From positions 96,001-160,000 of the forward strand of contig CAXXFF010000001.1 in assembly GCA_963676835.2 (NCBI GenBank): a stretch of 64,000 nucleotides of DNA, given 5' to 3'. Origin of the DNA: Marispirochaeta sp. (GTDB lineage Bacteria > Spirochaetota > Spirochaetia > JC444 > Marispirochaetaceae). A program made the translations under genes and the position numbers. Below the pieces are notes generated by a model. It saw nothing but the letters and a program-made list of their open reading frames with translations. It did not search any database and was not told the origin of the DNA. Below, piece after piece: positions 19,814-30,587 of this stretch (its first letter is position 1; every line of letters starts with the position of its first letter).

Positions 19814-19957
19814 TCAAACCTCATCCACATGCAGCATTTCTTTGGTAATGGTATGGGCGAGACTCTGAATTGCAGTATCAAGATATTTTTTATCGTTGAT
19901 TTTCTTCTTCAATTCCGCAATTTTTTTGGGATCTGAGGGCTTAGCAATTCTTATCAT
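19814..19957 (-). CDS. 47-aa small protein absent from the ORF track; FlgM C-terminus-like
   Basis: MIRIAKPSDPKKIAELKKKINDKKYLDTAIQSLAHTITKEMLHVDEV, AAGGTGG RBS, stop 3 nt before the next ATG. Confidence 0.6.
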   Translation of the reverse strand: MIRIAKPSDPKKIAELKKKINDKKYLDTAIQSLAHTITKEMLHVDEV

Positions 19958-20048
19958 CTTTCGCCACCTTCAAATGCATGAGGTCTGTATTCTAAACTTT
20001 TGTCGGCCCCGTATACAAGGACAAGATCGATCAGTTTTACAAAACAAT

Positions 20049-21197
20049 TCATAAGTCGGCCTTTTTCCTGTTCAATTCCTGAGGGTTTATCGCCCTGACA
20101 ATAAACAGGGTTTTATTATTAAGCAGATCTATAACTTCTCCACTGTTATCATCAAAACGGGTGCCTTTTTTATCTACCAGTATGCGAATAACAGGCCTCA
20201 GAGGAACCGAAGCATGGCTCTTGATAACAATACCGATAGAACCATCATTCAGGATCACCACGCTGCCCAATGGATAAATACCCATGCTTTTAAGAAAAAC
20301 CTTAACGATATTACTGTCAAAACGTCTGGAATTATCATTGAGAATCTGCCTCATGGCGGTATAGCCGATCAGGGAGTCCCTGTAGGGTTTATCCCGAACC
20401 ATCGCTCCAAAAGCATCTACAAGGGAGACAATTCGCGCCAGAATATATATCTGATCCCCTGCTATCTGATGGGGATATCCTTTTCCATCCCATCGTTCAT
20501 GATGCTGAAGTGCAATAAGACCAATCTCTTCCGGGTAGCCTATTTCCATGGTGATGGTGTTATAGGAGTGAATAGTATGACCATATATAGTTTTACGCTC
20601 ATTTTCCTGAAGATCACCGCTTTTGTTTATAATTGAGTCCGGAACCTTCAGCATGCCGACATCATGAAGAAGCGCTCCCTGTACCAGGCTGTGCAGTTTA
20701 TGATCATCGAGATTAAGATTGATACCGGTCACAAGGCTGAGAATAGCGCAGTTTACAGCATCCGTGGCAGGCCCCTGAGGAACCTTCACTGCCTGAATGG
20801 TTAATGATGTCATTTCTGCCGGTGCTTTTTTAACTGCCTGGAACAGAAGCTCCGCAATTTTGTTAATATCCTTTGCGGAGACCCGTCTACCCTGTTTAAT
20901 AGTAGCGAAGATTATATTTACCTGTTTCACAAGGGTAAGATAAATCTGATACAGCTCTTTATGGGTACGGGAATCCTTCAACTCGTTTATCGACTCATCT
21001 TCAGCGTTACGGGTATACTGTTCGCTGATAATCTCCCCTGAGGTCTGGACTGTTTCTATACCCCATTTTCGAAGGCGATCTATATCTTTATCCTTAAGCG
21101 GTATCTCTGCGGGCACAAGAATACTTTCATCGTCGACATAAACAGGTTGATCAAATTTAATCCCGGGCTTAAGGTCACTTACTCTGATTTTTTTCAT
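20049..21197 (-). CDS. HD-GYP phosphodiesterase-family protein
   Basis: LLHDVG, HHERWDGKGYP. Confidence 0.92.
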   Translation of the reverse strand: MKKIRVSDLKPGIKFDQPVYVDDESILVPAEIPLKDKDIDRLRKWGIETVQTSGEIISEQYTRNAEDESINELKDSRTHKELYQIYLTLVKQVNIIFATIKQGRRVSAKDINKIAELLFQAVKKAPAEMTSLTIQAVKVPQGPATDAVNCAILSLVTGINLNLDDHKLHSLVQGALLHDVGMLKVPDSIINKSGDLQENERKTIYGHTIHSYNTITMEIGYPEEIGLIALQHHERWDGKGYPHQIAGDQIYILARIVSLVDAFGAMVRDKPYRDSLIGYTAMRQILNDNSRRFDSNIVKVFLKSMGIYPLGSVVILNDGSIGIVIKSHASVPLRPVIRILVDKKGTRFDDNSGEVIDLLNNKTLFIVRAINPQELNRKKADL

Positions 21198-21451
21198 TCC
21201 GAATCCTGTAATGAATATAAAAAACTGAAAATTTCAGCGACTACAGTAAAGAGATATTCTGGAATATATTCGCCGGGCTGTCTCAAAAAAAGATCCTCCG
21301 TCAGAGCACTCATCTCCAGTACAGGTATATTATGCTCCTCGGCAATACTCCTGATTCTGGAAGCTGCTGCCCCTTCCCCTTTTGCACTGATAAAAGGTGC
21401 AGGCAGTGCAGTATCATATCTAAGCGCTACTGCTTTTTTACGTCCCTTCAC
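21194..21451 (-). CDS. FlhB C-terminal-like (EscU/YscU/HrcU) small protein
   Basis: AVALRYD...APFISAKG...IAEEHNIPV...IPEYLFTVVAE. Confidence 0.88.
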   Translation of the reverse strand: MKGRKKAVALRYDTALPAPFISAKGEGAAASRIRSIAEEHNIPVLEMSALTEDLFLRQPGEYIPEYLFTVVAEIFSFLYSLQDSE

Positions 21452-21453
21452 GG

Positions 21454-22431
21454 CTATACCTCTGTATCTATGCCGGTATGGACATCGCTATATTCAGGGG
21501 TAAATCCGTCACCGGCTCCCCTGTTATTAGTATCGACAAAAACGAAGCCCTCTTTTCGCACTTTTTCGCGGAATTTACCGAGTTTTTCAGCATCAACTGC
21601 AGGCCCTTTAAGAAGATACATTTTTTTCTCTTTTACATCAGAAATACCAAAACACCATTCCTCAGGATTTTCGGGATTCTCACTGCAAAGGGTTAAAACC
21701 CCCTGGGAAACTTTTTTCGCGGAAAGTTCAACACACAACCTTATATCACCCTTATAAGCAGTTTCTTCAAACTTAATTCTTACAGGAAGAACAAGCCAGT
21801 TATATTTTTGCGAGGATCGGGTATGGTTGAATATAGATAAGTCTGTGGGAAAATCAGAACGACGAAGAAGCAGCTGCCTTACCGCGGCGGTATCAATATT
21901 CAGCTGCTTCCATTCTTCCCTGTAATCAGAACCGGATTTTTCATCCGAATCACCGTTAAAAAGCAGAAAATCCGGGTCCACCAGCCCGGTAAGACCTTTT
22001 TCTTCCATAAGAGATGCCAGCCTGGCATATTCCGGATCATCTTTGCGGCCTTTTTCTTCCAGAATCCTCTTCAGACGGTTTAATCTGAACTCTTTCAGAG
22101 GCACACCGGAACGAACAAGTGCTTTTGTAAGCACCGGGTCGGAGCTGAGGAATTCCTGCAAACTATTAAAAGAATAGGCGGCTCTGGATACCGGTTTCTG
22201 AAGAATTTTCAACTCTATAACATTTTTATCTCTGAATACCCGTACAAACAATTCGGCCCCTTTTTCAAGGGGCGTTTTAGTGAGTACAGTAAATGTTTTT
22301 CCAAGGACACTTATTTCTGCCCTGGAGCCCTTACTGCCGATAACTCGCACAGCAAGTACTTTACCATTATGAAAAACCGTATCCGGCTCACTTCCTGCAG
22401 GAACTGTGGCACCGGTTACGATTTGTATCAT
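21454..22431 (-). CDS. Hypothetical protein (possibly FliK-like)
   Basis: 325 aa ORF in the operon next to the FlhB-like gene; function inferred from context only. Confidence 0.55.
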   Translation of the reverse strand: MIQIVTGATVPAGSEPDTVFHNGKVLAVRVIGSKGSRAEISVLGKTFTVLTKTPLEKGAELFVRVFRDKNVIELKILQKPVSRAAYSFNSLQEFLSSDPVLTKALVRSGVPLKEFRLNRLKRILEEKGRKDDPEYARLASLMEEKGLTGLVDPDFLLFNGDSDEKSGSDYREEWKQLNIDTAAVRQLLLRRSDFPTDLSIFNHTRSSQKYNWLVLPVRIKFEETAYKGDIRLCVELSAKKVSQGVLTLCSENPENPEEWCFGISDVKEKKMYLLKGPAVDAEKLGKFREKVRKEGFVFVDTNNRGAGDGFTPEYSDVHTGIDTEV

Positions 22432-22443
22432 AATAAAGCCGAA

Positions 22444-22812
22444 CTATTTGCTTGCCTGGGGCTGCTTCCGGCGGATAAGTTCCCGTACCTTGGCTGCCTT
22501 ACCGATCCGGTCACGGAGGTAATAGAGCTTTGCACGACGTACGCGTCCGCGTCTTACAACCTCGACATTCTCTACACGGGGGGAATGGAGGGGAAAGACC
22601 CTTTCAACACCTACACCGTAGGAAATTTTCCGTACAGTAAAAGTTTTCCGAATACCGCTGTTATTCTTTGCAATAACAACACCTTCAAAAATCTGTACAC
22701 GCTCGGTTGCACCTTCTACAATCTTGAAGTGAACCTTTACAGTATCACCAATGCTGAAATTCTCAACATTTTCCTTAATCTGCTCTGCTTCTATCGCATT
22801 AATCGTATTCAT
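22444..22812 (-). CDS. rplS: 50S ribosomal protein L19
   Basis: [31 protein letters not shown]. Confidence 0.98.
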   Translation of the reverse strand: MNTINAIEAEQIKENVENFSIGDTVKVHFKIVEGATERVQIFEGVVIAKNNSGIRKTFTVRKISYGVGVERVFPLHSPRVENVEVVRRGRVRRAKLYYLRDRIGKAAKVRELIRRKQPQASK

Positions 22813-23542
22813 GGGTTTCCTCCCTTGATTTCAATATATTTTCCAGAATCTTCTGCTCTTCATCACTGCTTTCTCTGTGAGCTAAAAGATCAGGCCTGTT
22901 GGATAAGGTTTTTTCAAGCCTTTTCCCCAGCCTCCAGCTGCGTATATTCTCATGATGTCCGGATAAAAGTATATCCGGCACCTTGATGCCTTTAAACACC
23001 TCAGGCCTGGTGTAGTGAGGATATTCCAGAAGACCATCTGAAAAACTCTCCTCTTCAAGGGATTCGGCACTGATAATACCTTCCCTCAGCCTGTAGACTG
23101 CATCAACCACAACCAGAGATGCAACCTCACCGGATGATAATACATAATCACCGATGCACAGTTCATCCGTAACATATGCATCGATTATTCTCTGATCCAG
23201 CCCTTCATACCTGCCGCAAATAAAGACCAGCTCTTCTTCCGAAGCCAGATCTTCTGCCACAGACTGGGTAAAAGGTCTTCCTGACGGTGTGGGAAACACC
23301 ACCCGTTTACCGGAAGCCTCAATTGAATCAAGGGCCTTTGCAAGCGGTTCCGGTTTAAGAACCATCCCTGCTCCGCCGCCATAAGGCGCATCGTCACAGG
23401 TACGATGCCGGTCTTCAGCGAAATCCCGGAAATTGATAAGGTTATATTCAAATAATCCTTTATCAACTGCCTTCGCCATGATGGAAGACCCGAAATATCC
23501 TTCCAGAATCTCGGGAAAAAGTGTCAGGATTGAAACTTTCAT
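22799..23542 (-). CDS. trmD: tRNA (guanine-N1)-methyltransferase
   Basis: [35 protein letters not shown]. Confidence 0.97.
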   Translation of the reverse strand: MKVSILTLFPEILEGYFGSSIMAKAVDKGLFEYNLINFRDFAEDRHRTCDDAPYGGGAGMVLKPEPLAKALDSIEASGKRVVFPTPSGRPFTQSVAEDLASEEELVFICGRYEGLDQRIIDAYVTDELCIGDYVLSSGEVASLVVVDAVYRLREGIISAESLEEESFSDGLLEYPHYTRPEVFKGIKVPDILLSGHHENIRSWRLGKRLEKTLSNRPDLLAHRESSDEEQKILENILKSREETHEYD

Positions 23543-24042
23543 TCCAGAATCCAGTCCACTGCAAGTTCTATAGTCTTATCAACTACAGAAACCCGTCCCA
23601 CATATTCATCCTTTAAAGGAAGGTAACGAAAACCTTTATCCACGGTTTTGACTTCAAGGAGGTCAGCCTGGCCTATTTCAGCCACACCAATCACCGTGCC
23701 GGCGACTATACCGTTGAAAATCACCGAGCAGCCGATAAGGTCGGAGATGTAATACTCTCCATCCTTCAGCGGCGCGGCAAAAGATCTCTCTGCCCAGAGT
23801 TCTCCGCCGGTAAGCTCCCGTGCATCTTCCGGGTTATCGTAACCGGAAAACTTTATCAGGGCCCGGTCGCTGAAAGGAGACAACTCCTCAACCTGAACAA
23901 TCCGGCTTTTACCGGTCTTAAAACGAACTTCACATTCATTAAGACCGGTTAAATGCTCATATTCCCCGGAAAAACTCATGACCTTAAGATAGCCTTTTAC
24001 CCCATGAGTTTTACCGATTCTGGCAACGGCAATCCGTTCCAT
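23539..24042 (-). CDS. rimM: Ribosome maturation factor RimM
   Basis: IGKTHGVKG, GEYYISDLIG; operon context. Confidence 0.95.
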   Translation of the reverse strand: MERIAVARIGKTHGVKGYLKVMSFSGEYEHLTGLNECEVRFKTGKSRIVQVEELSPFSDRALIKFSGYDNPEDARELTGGELWAERSFAAPLKDGEYYISDLIGCSVIFNGIVAGTVIGVAEIGQADLLEVKTVDKGFRYLPLKDEYVGRVSVVDKTIELAVDWILE

Positions 24043-24275
24043 TAATCCAGGATTTCCAGAACAATCCTTTTGCCGGTTTTGGTTGCGGCTGCACTCAGAA
24101 TTGTGCGGACAGCCTTTGCAATTCTGCCATGCTTGCCAATAACCTTACCGATATCGTCAGCAGAGACCCGGAGTTCGAGAATCGTAGACTTTTCGCCTTC
24201 GATTACATTTACCATCACCTGGGACGGATCATCCACCAGGGATTTTGCTATATACTCTACGAGCTCTTTTTCCAC
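24042..24275 (-). CDS. khpA: KH-domain RNA-binding protein
   Basis: [11 protein letters not shown]. Confidence 0.93.
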   Translation of the reverse strand: MEKELVEYIAKSLVDDPSQVMVNVIEGEKSTILELRVSADDIGKVIGKHGRIAKAVRTILSAAATKTGKRIVLEILD

Positions 24276-24316
24276 AAATTCTTTCCTTGTCTGACTACCT
24301 GATAATCAGGACAGTC

Positions 24317-24568
24317 TTATTTCATGTAAAGATTGAGTTTGTTCAGAAGTCTCTTAACTGTATCGCTGGGTTTTGCACCCTTGGAGATCCAGTCCCGGAT
24401 TCTTTCTTCCTTTACCTGAAGCTGCTTGTCTTCAACCTCGATGGGATGGTAAAAACCAACCTCTTCGATTGCACGTCCGTCTCTTGCTGTTCTGGAATCC
24501 ATAACAACGATTCTGTAGTAAGGCCGCTTCTTTGAGCCGAACCTCTTAAGTCTGATCTTAACGCTCAC
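24317..24568 (-). CDS. rpsP: 30S ribosomal protein S16
   Basis: VKIRLKRFGSKKRPYYRIVV; GTG start after AGGAGG. Confidence 0.97.
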   Translation of the reverse strand: MSVKIRLKRFGSKKRPYYRIVVMDSRTARDGRAIEEVGFYHPIEVEDKQLQVKEERIRDWISKGAKPSDTVKRLLNKLNLYMK

Positions 24569-24599
24569 TCGTTCCTCCTGTGTATATTCGAACCAGTTT

Positions 24600-25937
24600 C
24601 TAAATATTTCCACCAAATTGTGACATCATCTGAGCCTGAAGTTTCTTGTTCCGTGTCATTTTCTTCATCATCAGACGCATCTTTTCAAACTTCTTGATAA
24701 GCCGGTTAACGTGAAAAACGGATGTACCGCTCCCCGAGGCGATCCGCTTACGCCTTGAAGGTCCGATAATCCGGTGATTCTCCCGTTCCTGAAGAGTCAT
24801 TGATAAAATAATTGCCTCTTCCCGCTTCATCTCCCCGGTATCAATGGCATCCTCGTCGATATTCCCTTTCATACCGGGGATCATTTCGACAAGAGATTGC
24901 AGACTACCCATTTTTTTAATTCTTGTAAACTGCTCCAGATAGTCCTGCAGGGTAAATGTGGCAGACTGCAGCTTTCGGTTAAGCTCTTCCGCCTCTTCGG
25001 CCTCGATTGTGTCCTGGGCTTTTTCTACAAGACTGACTACATCGCCCATGCCGAGAATACGACCGGCGATCCGTTCAGGATAAAAAGTCTCAAGATCATC
25101 GATCTTTTCACCCATACCGATAAACTTGATCGGTTTTTTGGTAACACTTTTCAGTGAAAGGGCCGCACCGCCCCTGGTATCGGAGTCAAACTTTGTAAGA
25201 ATAACTCCGCTTATGCCAACCTTTTCGTTGAATTCCTTTGCAATTTCAACAGCCTGTTGACCGGTCATTGCATCGGCCACCAGCAGGGCTTCTTCCGGCT
25301 TCAGAACATTATTAATATCCTGAATCTCTTTCATAAGGGATGCATCAAGATGCATTCTTCCCGAGGTATCAACTATAAGGGTATTGTATCCCTCTTTTTT
25401 GGCATGCCCCTGGGCTTTCTTAACTACCTTTACCGGGTTCTTTTCACCATCAATGCTGAATACATCAACGCCGGCCTGTTCGCCAAGAACATGAAGCTGC
25501 TTAACCGCAGCAGGTCGTACAAGGTCGGCCGCAACAAGAAGAGGCTTACGTCCTTCTTTTTTCAGCTTAAGGGCAAGCTTTGCTGTTGTAGTTGTCTTTC
25601 CAGACCCCTGAAGCCCCATGAACAGTATGGTACTGAGGGTATCCGGCCCTTTGAGTTCCAGCTGTTCATTCTCTGAACCCAGCAGGGTGACCATCCGGTC
25701 GTGGACTGCCTTGATAAACTGCTGTCCGGGATTAACCGAACGAAGAACCTTTTCGCCAAGGGCTTCTTCGATGGTCTGGTTGACAAAGCGCCGTACAACC
25801 CGAAGATTCACATCGGCTTCAAGGAGAGCAATCTTGATCTGCTCTACCGCATCCTGAATATTCTTTTCACTGATGGATGCTTTACCCTGAACCTGACGAA
25901 CCACGTCTGAAAATGTCTGTGTAAGCTTGTCAAACAT
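24600..25937 (-). CDS. ffh: Signal recognition particle protein Ffh
   Basis: GLQGSGKTT, DTSGR, TKFDSDTRGGAALS, M-domain. Confidence 0.98.
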   Translation of the reverse strand: MFDKLTQTFSDVVRQVQGKASISEKNIQDAVEQIKIALLEADVNLRVVRRFVNQTIEEALGEKVLRSVNPGQQFIKAVHDRMVTLLGSENEQLELKGPDTLSTILFMGLQGSGKTTTTAKLALKLKKEGRKPLLVAADLVRPAAVKQLHVLGEQAGVDVFSIDGEKNPVKVVKKAQGHAKKEGYNTLIVDTSGRMHLDASLMKEIQDINNVLKPEEALLVADAMTGQQAVEIAKEFNEKVGISGVILTKFDSDTRGGAALSLKSVTKKPIKFIGMGEKIDDLETFYPERIAGRILGMGDVVSLVEKAQDTIEAEEAEELNRKLQSATFTLQDYLEQFTRIKKMGSLQSLVEMIPGMKGNIDEDAIDTGEMKREEAIILSMTLQERENHRIIGPSRRKRIASGSGTSVFHVNRLIKKFEKMRLMMKKMTRNKKLQAQMMSQFGGNI

Positions 25938-26035
25938 ACGAAGCGCTTTTATCCCTACCCGAAAGTTTTAGGGGTATTTATATATGAAAAAGTGCATCAG
26001 TGTCAATGCCGACGGCGTGGATGATCTTGATTAAA

Positions 26036-27400
26036 TCACCGTACAAGAAGGAAATGTCTTTCTATATATTTCTTTCTGTAATGTGCCTTTTCCCAGAATG
26101 TACTCAGCGGAAAATCACTGAGAAGACGGTCATAGACACGAACCGCCTTTGTGTAATTTTCTACATTTTCATAGGTTTCATACTCATTACCCAGTTTAAA
26201 CAGAATATAATCAAGACCGCTGAAATCGCTTAAACCCTGGACAATCTCATCCAATAACGCTGTTTTATCCGGGGAAAGAAGATCACCGGAAAGTTTTTCC
26301 GTAAGGTTCAGAAATTTAATCTGCTCCCCGGAGTCCAAAGAGTAGACATCAGCCATTATATCATCAGGCAGTTCCTCACTGCTTAGAAAGCCGAGAATGT
26401 ACAGATACGGCAGCAGGGAATGAGATCTGCTTTCTGAATAAAGCTTTTTAAACCAGGCCAATCCCTGCTTAAGCGTGTTATCATCAACATTACCCGTCCG
26501 CGATGGATCTCCCTGGATCAGGATTTCAGACCAGGCTGTATCAGCATCCTGCCAGATGCCGGCCACAGTATCATCACTGCCTGCATCGGGGTCTTGTTTT
26601 TCACTGTTTTCCACCGGGGATATGCTGCCGGTAACCTTTTGGATAAATATGTCCGGCTCTACCACCTCTACACTGCGTATTTCAATGGAGGCAGCTTCAG
26701 GACTTGATGTGCCCAGAACAAACTTCAAACGGTACCTGCCGGTCTCTCCGGCGGTAAAAATGAGCCTGTCGCCGTTGTCCTCCCTGGAACGGCCTTCATA
26801 TTTTATACCATTTCCGGCAGGAGAAAGTGCAGTGAACAACCAGGGGCTGTTATCAAGATAGATGGAAAACCTGTCACCCGGGCGGGCATAGATATCCGGC
26901 GGACCCATTGCGTCAGAAGAATCCCCTAGCTCTTCTGATTTTTGAGGAGTGCTGACCCCGGCAAGCTGTTCTCCCGGGGCCTGAAGGGAAGTTATTTCAG
27001 ATTTAACCTGCTGAGCCGGTTCTTCAGGGGCTTTTCCTTCAGGTAGCTGAAGATTCTCCGGGACAGTTGTAGTCTTTACCTCACTTCTTTGCTCATCCCT
27101 TACCTCATCCCTTACCTCATCCCTTACCTCATCCCTTTCGTCAGGCTGCTGTACACTCCGGGGAGAATCCTGCGGTGGTTCAATTAAAAGATCTTGTGAA
27201 AAAGGTATTGCAGGAGGAGGGCCTGGCAGATAGGAAAAAGAGTACCCCGGCAGCGGTACTTCAGGTATATCAGGAGTCTCTGAGTAAACCGCAATTATCA
27301 TAAAGAAGAAACACAGACTATAATGAACGGTTGATTTCACCAGTGAATTACGGCACATCGGCAAAGATATCATCCAAAAGTTTTTCATTTTCCTTTGCAA
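26036..27400 (-). CDS. Exported hypothetical protein with low-complexity region and C-terminal TPR-like motif (start uncertain)
   Basis: Long ORF, hydrophobic N-terminal segment, YDRLLSDFPLSTFW. Confidence 0.65.
   Translation of the reverse strand: MQRKMKNFWMISLPMCRNSLVKSTVHYSLCFFFMIIAVYSETPDIPEVPLPGYSFSYLPGPPPAIPFSQDLLIEPPQDSPRSVQQPDERDEVRDEVRDEVRDEQRSEVKTTTVPENLQLPEGKAPEEPAQQVKSEITSLQAPGEQLAGVSTPQKSEELGDSSDAMGPPDIYARPGDRFSIYLDNSPWLFTALSPAGNGIKYEGRSREDNGDRLIFTAGETGRYRLKFVLGTSSPEAASIEIRSVEVVEPDIFIQKVTGSISPVENSEKQDPDAGSDDTVAGIWQDADTAWSEILIQGDPSRTGNVDDNTLKQGLAWFKKLYSESRSHSLLPYLYILGFLSSEELPDDIMADVYSLDSGEQIKFLNLTEKLSGDLLSPDKTALLDEIVQGLSDFSGLDYILFKLGNEYETYENVENYTKAVRVYDRLLSDFPLSTFWEKAHYRKKYIERHFLLVR
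27092..27137. repeat. 12-bp in-frame tandem repeat (about 3.8 copies) encoding RDEV
   Basis: CTCATCCCTTAC x3 plus CTCATCCCTT. Confidence 0.9.
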
Positions 27401-27716
27401 GCAGATCGGAGACTACCGGTTCCAGAGGTATCCAGTAGCGCGAAATTTCTTCATCCGTCCAGGCCGATCGTCGTTCTCTGATAAGAACAGGATCTGTTGG
27501 AAAAAGCTGCAGCTTCTCAACCGGCACCATAAGCCGGTTGTAAGGAAAATCATCTCGCTGCAGACTGTTTCCAGCTCCGGTCAAATGGTCAGGCAGCGCT
27601 GGTTTATGCCAGAAAAGAAAGAGCAGAATAACCGCCAGCATGGCAGTACCTGTAACGGAGATCAGGTAGATAAGCATGCCGCGGCTCAACTCTATATTTC
27701 TGATCTTCTCCAGCAT
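27348..27716 (-). CDS. Hypothetical single-pass membrane protein
   Basis: N-terminal TM helix; lies directly after smc. Confidence 0.7.
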   Translation of the reverse strand: MLEKIRNIELSRGMLIYLISVTGTAMLAVILLFLFWHKPALPDHLTGAGNSLQRDDFPYNRLMVPVEKLQLFPTDPVLIRERRSAWTDEEISRYWIPLEPVVSDLLAKENEKLLDDIFADVP

Positions 27717-27719
27717 TAA

Positions 27720-30587
27720 CTATTCCTCTTCCTCCGCAGCTTCATCATCCATGGCAAGTTCAAGTTCCCTGGAGTCTTCATCCAGTTCTTCCTGATCGAA
27801 CCCGCCCCCGCGATCTACCCTGATGGCGATAATCTTGGAGATACCCGACTCTTCCATGGTGATACCAAGCAGCGTCTGAGCTCCGGCAACGGTTTTCTTG
27901 TTATGGGTAATAACAATAAACTGGGATGAGTTTGCAAATTCCATCAGCATATTAACGAAGCGTCCTACGTTATTTTCATCCAGAGCAGCGTCAATCTCAT
28001 CAAGAATACAGAAAGGTGACGGACGAACCATGTAGGTGGCAAAAAGCAGCGCTACCGCCGTAAGTGATCGCTCGCCACCGGAAAGGAGTGTAATATTTTC
28101 GAGCCTTTTACCCGGAGGCTGGGCAAAAATTTCTATTCCGGAATCCAGCACGTGATCAGGATCGGAAAGCTTCAGTTCCGCCCTGCCGCCTCCGAAAAGT
28201 CTGCGGAAGGTAACGTGAAAGTTCTTTTTAATCTTTTCATAGGTAGACAGGAAAAGCTCTGATGATTCTGTTCGTATCTGCTTTGTGATAGAGTTAAGAT
28301 CCTCCCGGGCCTTTCTCAAATCCTGTAGTTGCCCCTCAAGAAAATCATAGCGCTCCTTCACCTCGGTAAACTCTTCCACGGCCATCAGGTTTACATGGCC
28401 GAGATTCTTCAGGTTTTCCCTGTTTTTACTCAGTTCATCCCTAAGGCTGCGCATATCCTCCTGAATTTCGAACATGCGGTCTTCGAACTCTTTCAGGTCC
28501 CGGGAGTGCTTTTCGCGGAAGTTTTCGAACAGGTTCCGTATCTCGGTTTTTACAGTGCTTAACTCCACATGAACCTTTTCCACCATGGACTGAGTCTGGG
28601 CAAGGCTGGACATACGGTCCTTAAGGCTTTTTTCCTTTTTCAGGGCGTCCTTGTTCCGCAGACTTATTCCCTTTTCCAGCTCATCAAGATTCTTCCGAAG
28701 GAGTTTCTCCTCCTCGATAATGGTATTGTGACGGTTCTGCAGTTCCTGAATACGTTTTTCTGTAGTGGCAAGCTTGGCGGCTGTCTCGTCAGCATCTGCC
28801 TGATTTTCTTCCATGGCAGTAACGGAAACATGTATTTCCTTTTCTGTCTGGGCAAGAACATCTTCCGCTGCGGTTATCTGGGCAGATACCTGGGCAGTTG
28901 ATACCCTCAGATCCTCCAGAGTACGGCGGTATTCTTCAATCCTGGTAAACAGTGCCCGGTTTGCCTGCTGAAGTTCAGCTATCTTCTCTCTTGATTCAAC
29001 GATCTCCTTGCGGGCTTTGTCGATTTTATCGTCAATATCCCGTTTCAGGGTCATGGTACCCTCGGGAGCAAGAAAGTCATCCAGAAAGCCCGGGATTGTA
29101 CTGGTGTACTGGCCGAACTCACCCTCTAAGCCGGTAATATCTTCAAGAGCCTCTTCCAGCCCTCCACGTATAGCCTTTAAGAGTTCCGCCCGCTCTTTTT
29201 CTGCAATTTCCGAAAGAGAACCAAGATCCCCGATGAGATCCAGACGTCCCTTAACATGGATACGGATCTTTTCAATCCGTTCCTTGACCTGTTTCTCGAC
29301 CCGGACTCTTTCTGTGTTGGAGTAGCCGCTCTCGGCGAGTTTGCTGTCAAGCTGGCTTACAATATCGTCGGTTATACCCCGCAGCTGTTCCTGCAGTGTC
29401 TCGAGACTCGCATCGAGATCACGGATATTCTGCTCCAGTGTTTTAATTGCATCTTCATTACTGCGGATGGTTGCCTGAGAACTTTTTACCCGTTCTTCAA
29501 ACTCGGCAATATTATTTTTAATTGTTTCGCGCCGTTTTTTAAGCTCTTCTATGACCGATTTCTTCTCTATCAGCGCAGCCTCAAGTTCACTTTTTCGCTC
29601 TTCCAGCTGCTTCTGGCGGTTTTTACAGTACTCCAGGTGTCGGTTGAGTTCTCCTCTCCGCTCCTGAATAATGGCCTGTTGATTCTGCAGGTTACCTTTT
29701 TCTACATCGATACCATAAAGTTTCTTCTGATTTTCAATAAGAGAACTCTCCATGGTATTTACCTGGTCCAGATTCTCTTCAAGATTCTCGTTTATTGCAT
29801 CGATTTCCGCTTTAATCTTGTCCCGCTCTGCACTCTTTTCCGACAATAGCTGCTCACGGCTATGCTCATCCTCCAGAAAACCTTTCAGTTTCAGCAGCTG
29901 AATCTTCAGCTCCAGATCAAAGATAGTCTCCCGGTAACCCCGGTACAGTTCGGTTTTCTCCGCCTGTTTCTTAAGAGAGTCATAGGAGCGCTTAACCTCA
30001 CTGAGGATGCTTTCCACCTGGCGCATATTCTCTTCAGTGCGGGTAAGCTTCCGCTCAGCCTCTGCACCTTTAACTTTATACTTGGTTATTCCTGCGGCTT
30101 CTTCAAATATGTAACGCCGTTCTTCCGGCTTGTTGGAAAGAATCTGGTCAATCTTGCCCTGCTCCATAATTGAATAGGCGGATTTACCCACACCGGTATC
30201 GAAAAACAGTTCCCGCAACTCCCGCAGCTTTACCGGGGTACTGTTAACAAAATATTCGCTCTCCCCGGAGCGGTAGAGTCGGCGTTTTATGGCTATCTCC
30301 GGCATATCCATGGGAAGAAGCCCCTCATCATTACTGAGGGTAAGAGTTACTTCGGCAACATTAAGAGCTTTGCGCTGCTCGGTACCGTTAAAAATAACAT
30401 CTTCCATGCGGTCGGCCCGGAGGGTTCGGGAAGACTGCTCACCAAGCACCCACTTGATAGAATCGACTATATTGCTTTTTCCGCAGCCGTTGGGACCAAG
30501 AAGGGCCGAAATACCCGGAGAAAAGTCTATTTTTACTCTGTCTGCAAAAGATTTAAAGCCGAAAATCTCAATATTCTTTAAGAACAC
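27720..30587 (-). CDS. smc: Chromosome segregation ATPase SMC (short form)
   Basis: GFKSF, GPNGCGKSN, LSGGE, LDEIDAALD, long coiled coils. Confidence 0.93.
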   Translation of the reverse strand: MFLKNIEIFGFKSFADRVKIDFSPGISALLGPNGCGKSNIVDSIKWVLGEQSSRTLRADRMEDVIFNGTEQRKALNVAEVTLTLSNDEGLLPMDMPEIAIKRRLYRSGESEYFVNSTPVKLRELRELFFDTGVGKSAYSIMEQGKIDQILSNKPEERRYIFEEAAGITKYKVKGAEAERKLTRTEENMRQVESILSEVKRSYDSLKKQAEKTELYRGYRETIFDLELKIQLLKLKGFLEDEHSREQLLSEKSAERDKIKAEIDAINENLEENLDQVNTMESSLIENQKKLYGIDVEKGNLQNQQAIIQERRGELNRHLEYCKNRQKQLEERKSELEAALIEKKSVIEELKKRRETIKNNIAEFEERVKSSQATIRSNEDAIKTLEQNIRDLDASLETLQEQLRGITDDIVSQLDSKLAESGYSNTERVRVEKQVKERIEKIRIHVKGRLDLIGDLGSLSEIAEKERAELLKAIRGGLEEALEDITGLEGEFGQYTSTIPGFLDDFLAPEGTMTLKRDIDDKIDKARKEIVESREKIAELQQANRALFTRIEEYRRTLEDLRVSTAQVSAQITAAEDVLAQTEKEIHVSVTAMEENQADADETAAKLATTEKRIQELQNRHNTIIEEEKLLRKNLDELEKGISLRNKDALKKEKSLKDRMSSLAQTQSMVEKVHVELSTVKTEIRNLFENFREKHSRDLKEFEDRMFEIQEDMRSLRDELSKNRENLKNLGHVNLMAVEEFTEVKERYDFLEGQLQDLRKAREDLNSITKQIRTESSELFLSTYEKIKKNFHVTFRRLFGGGRAELKLSDPDHVLDSGIEIFAQPPGKRLENITLLSGGERSLTAVALLFATYMVRPSPFCILDEIDAALDENNVGRFVNMLMEFANSSQFIVITHNKKTVAGAQTLLGITMEESGISKIIAIRVDRGGGFDQEELDEDSRELELAMDDEAAEEEE

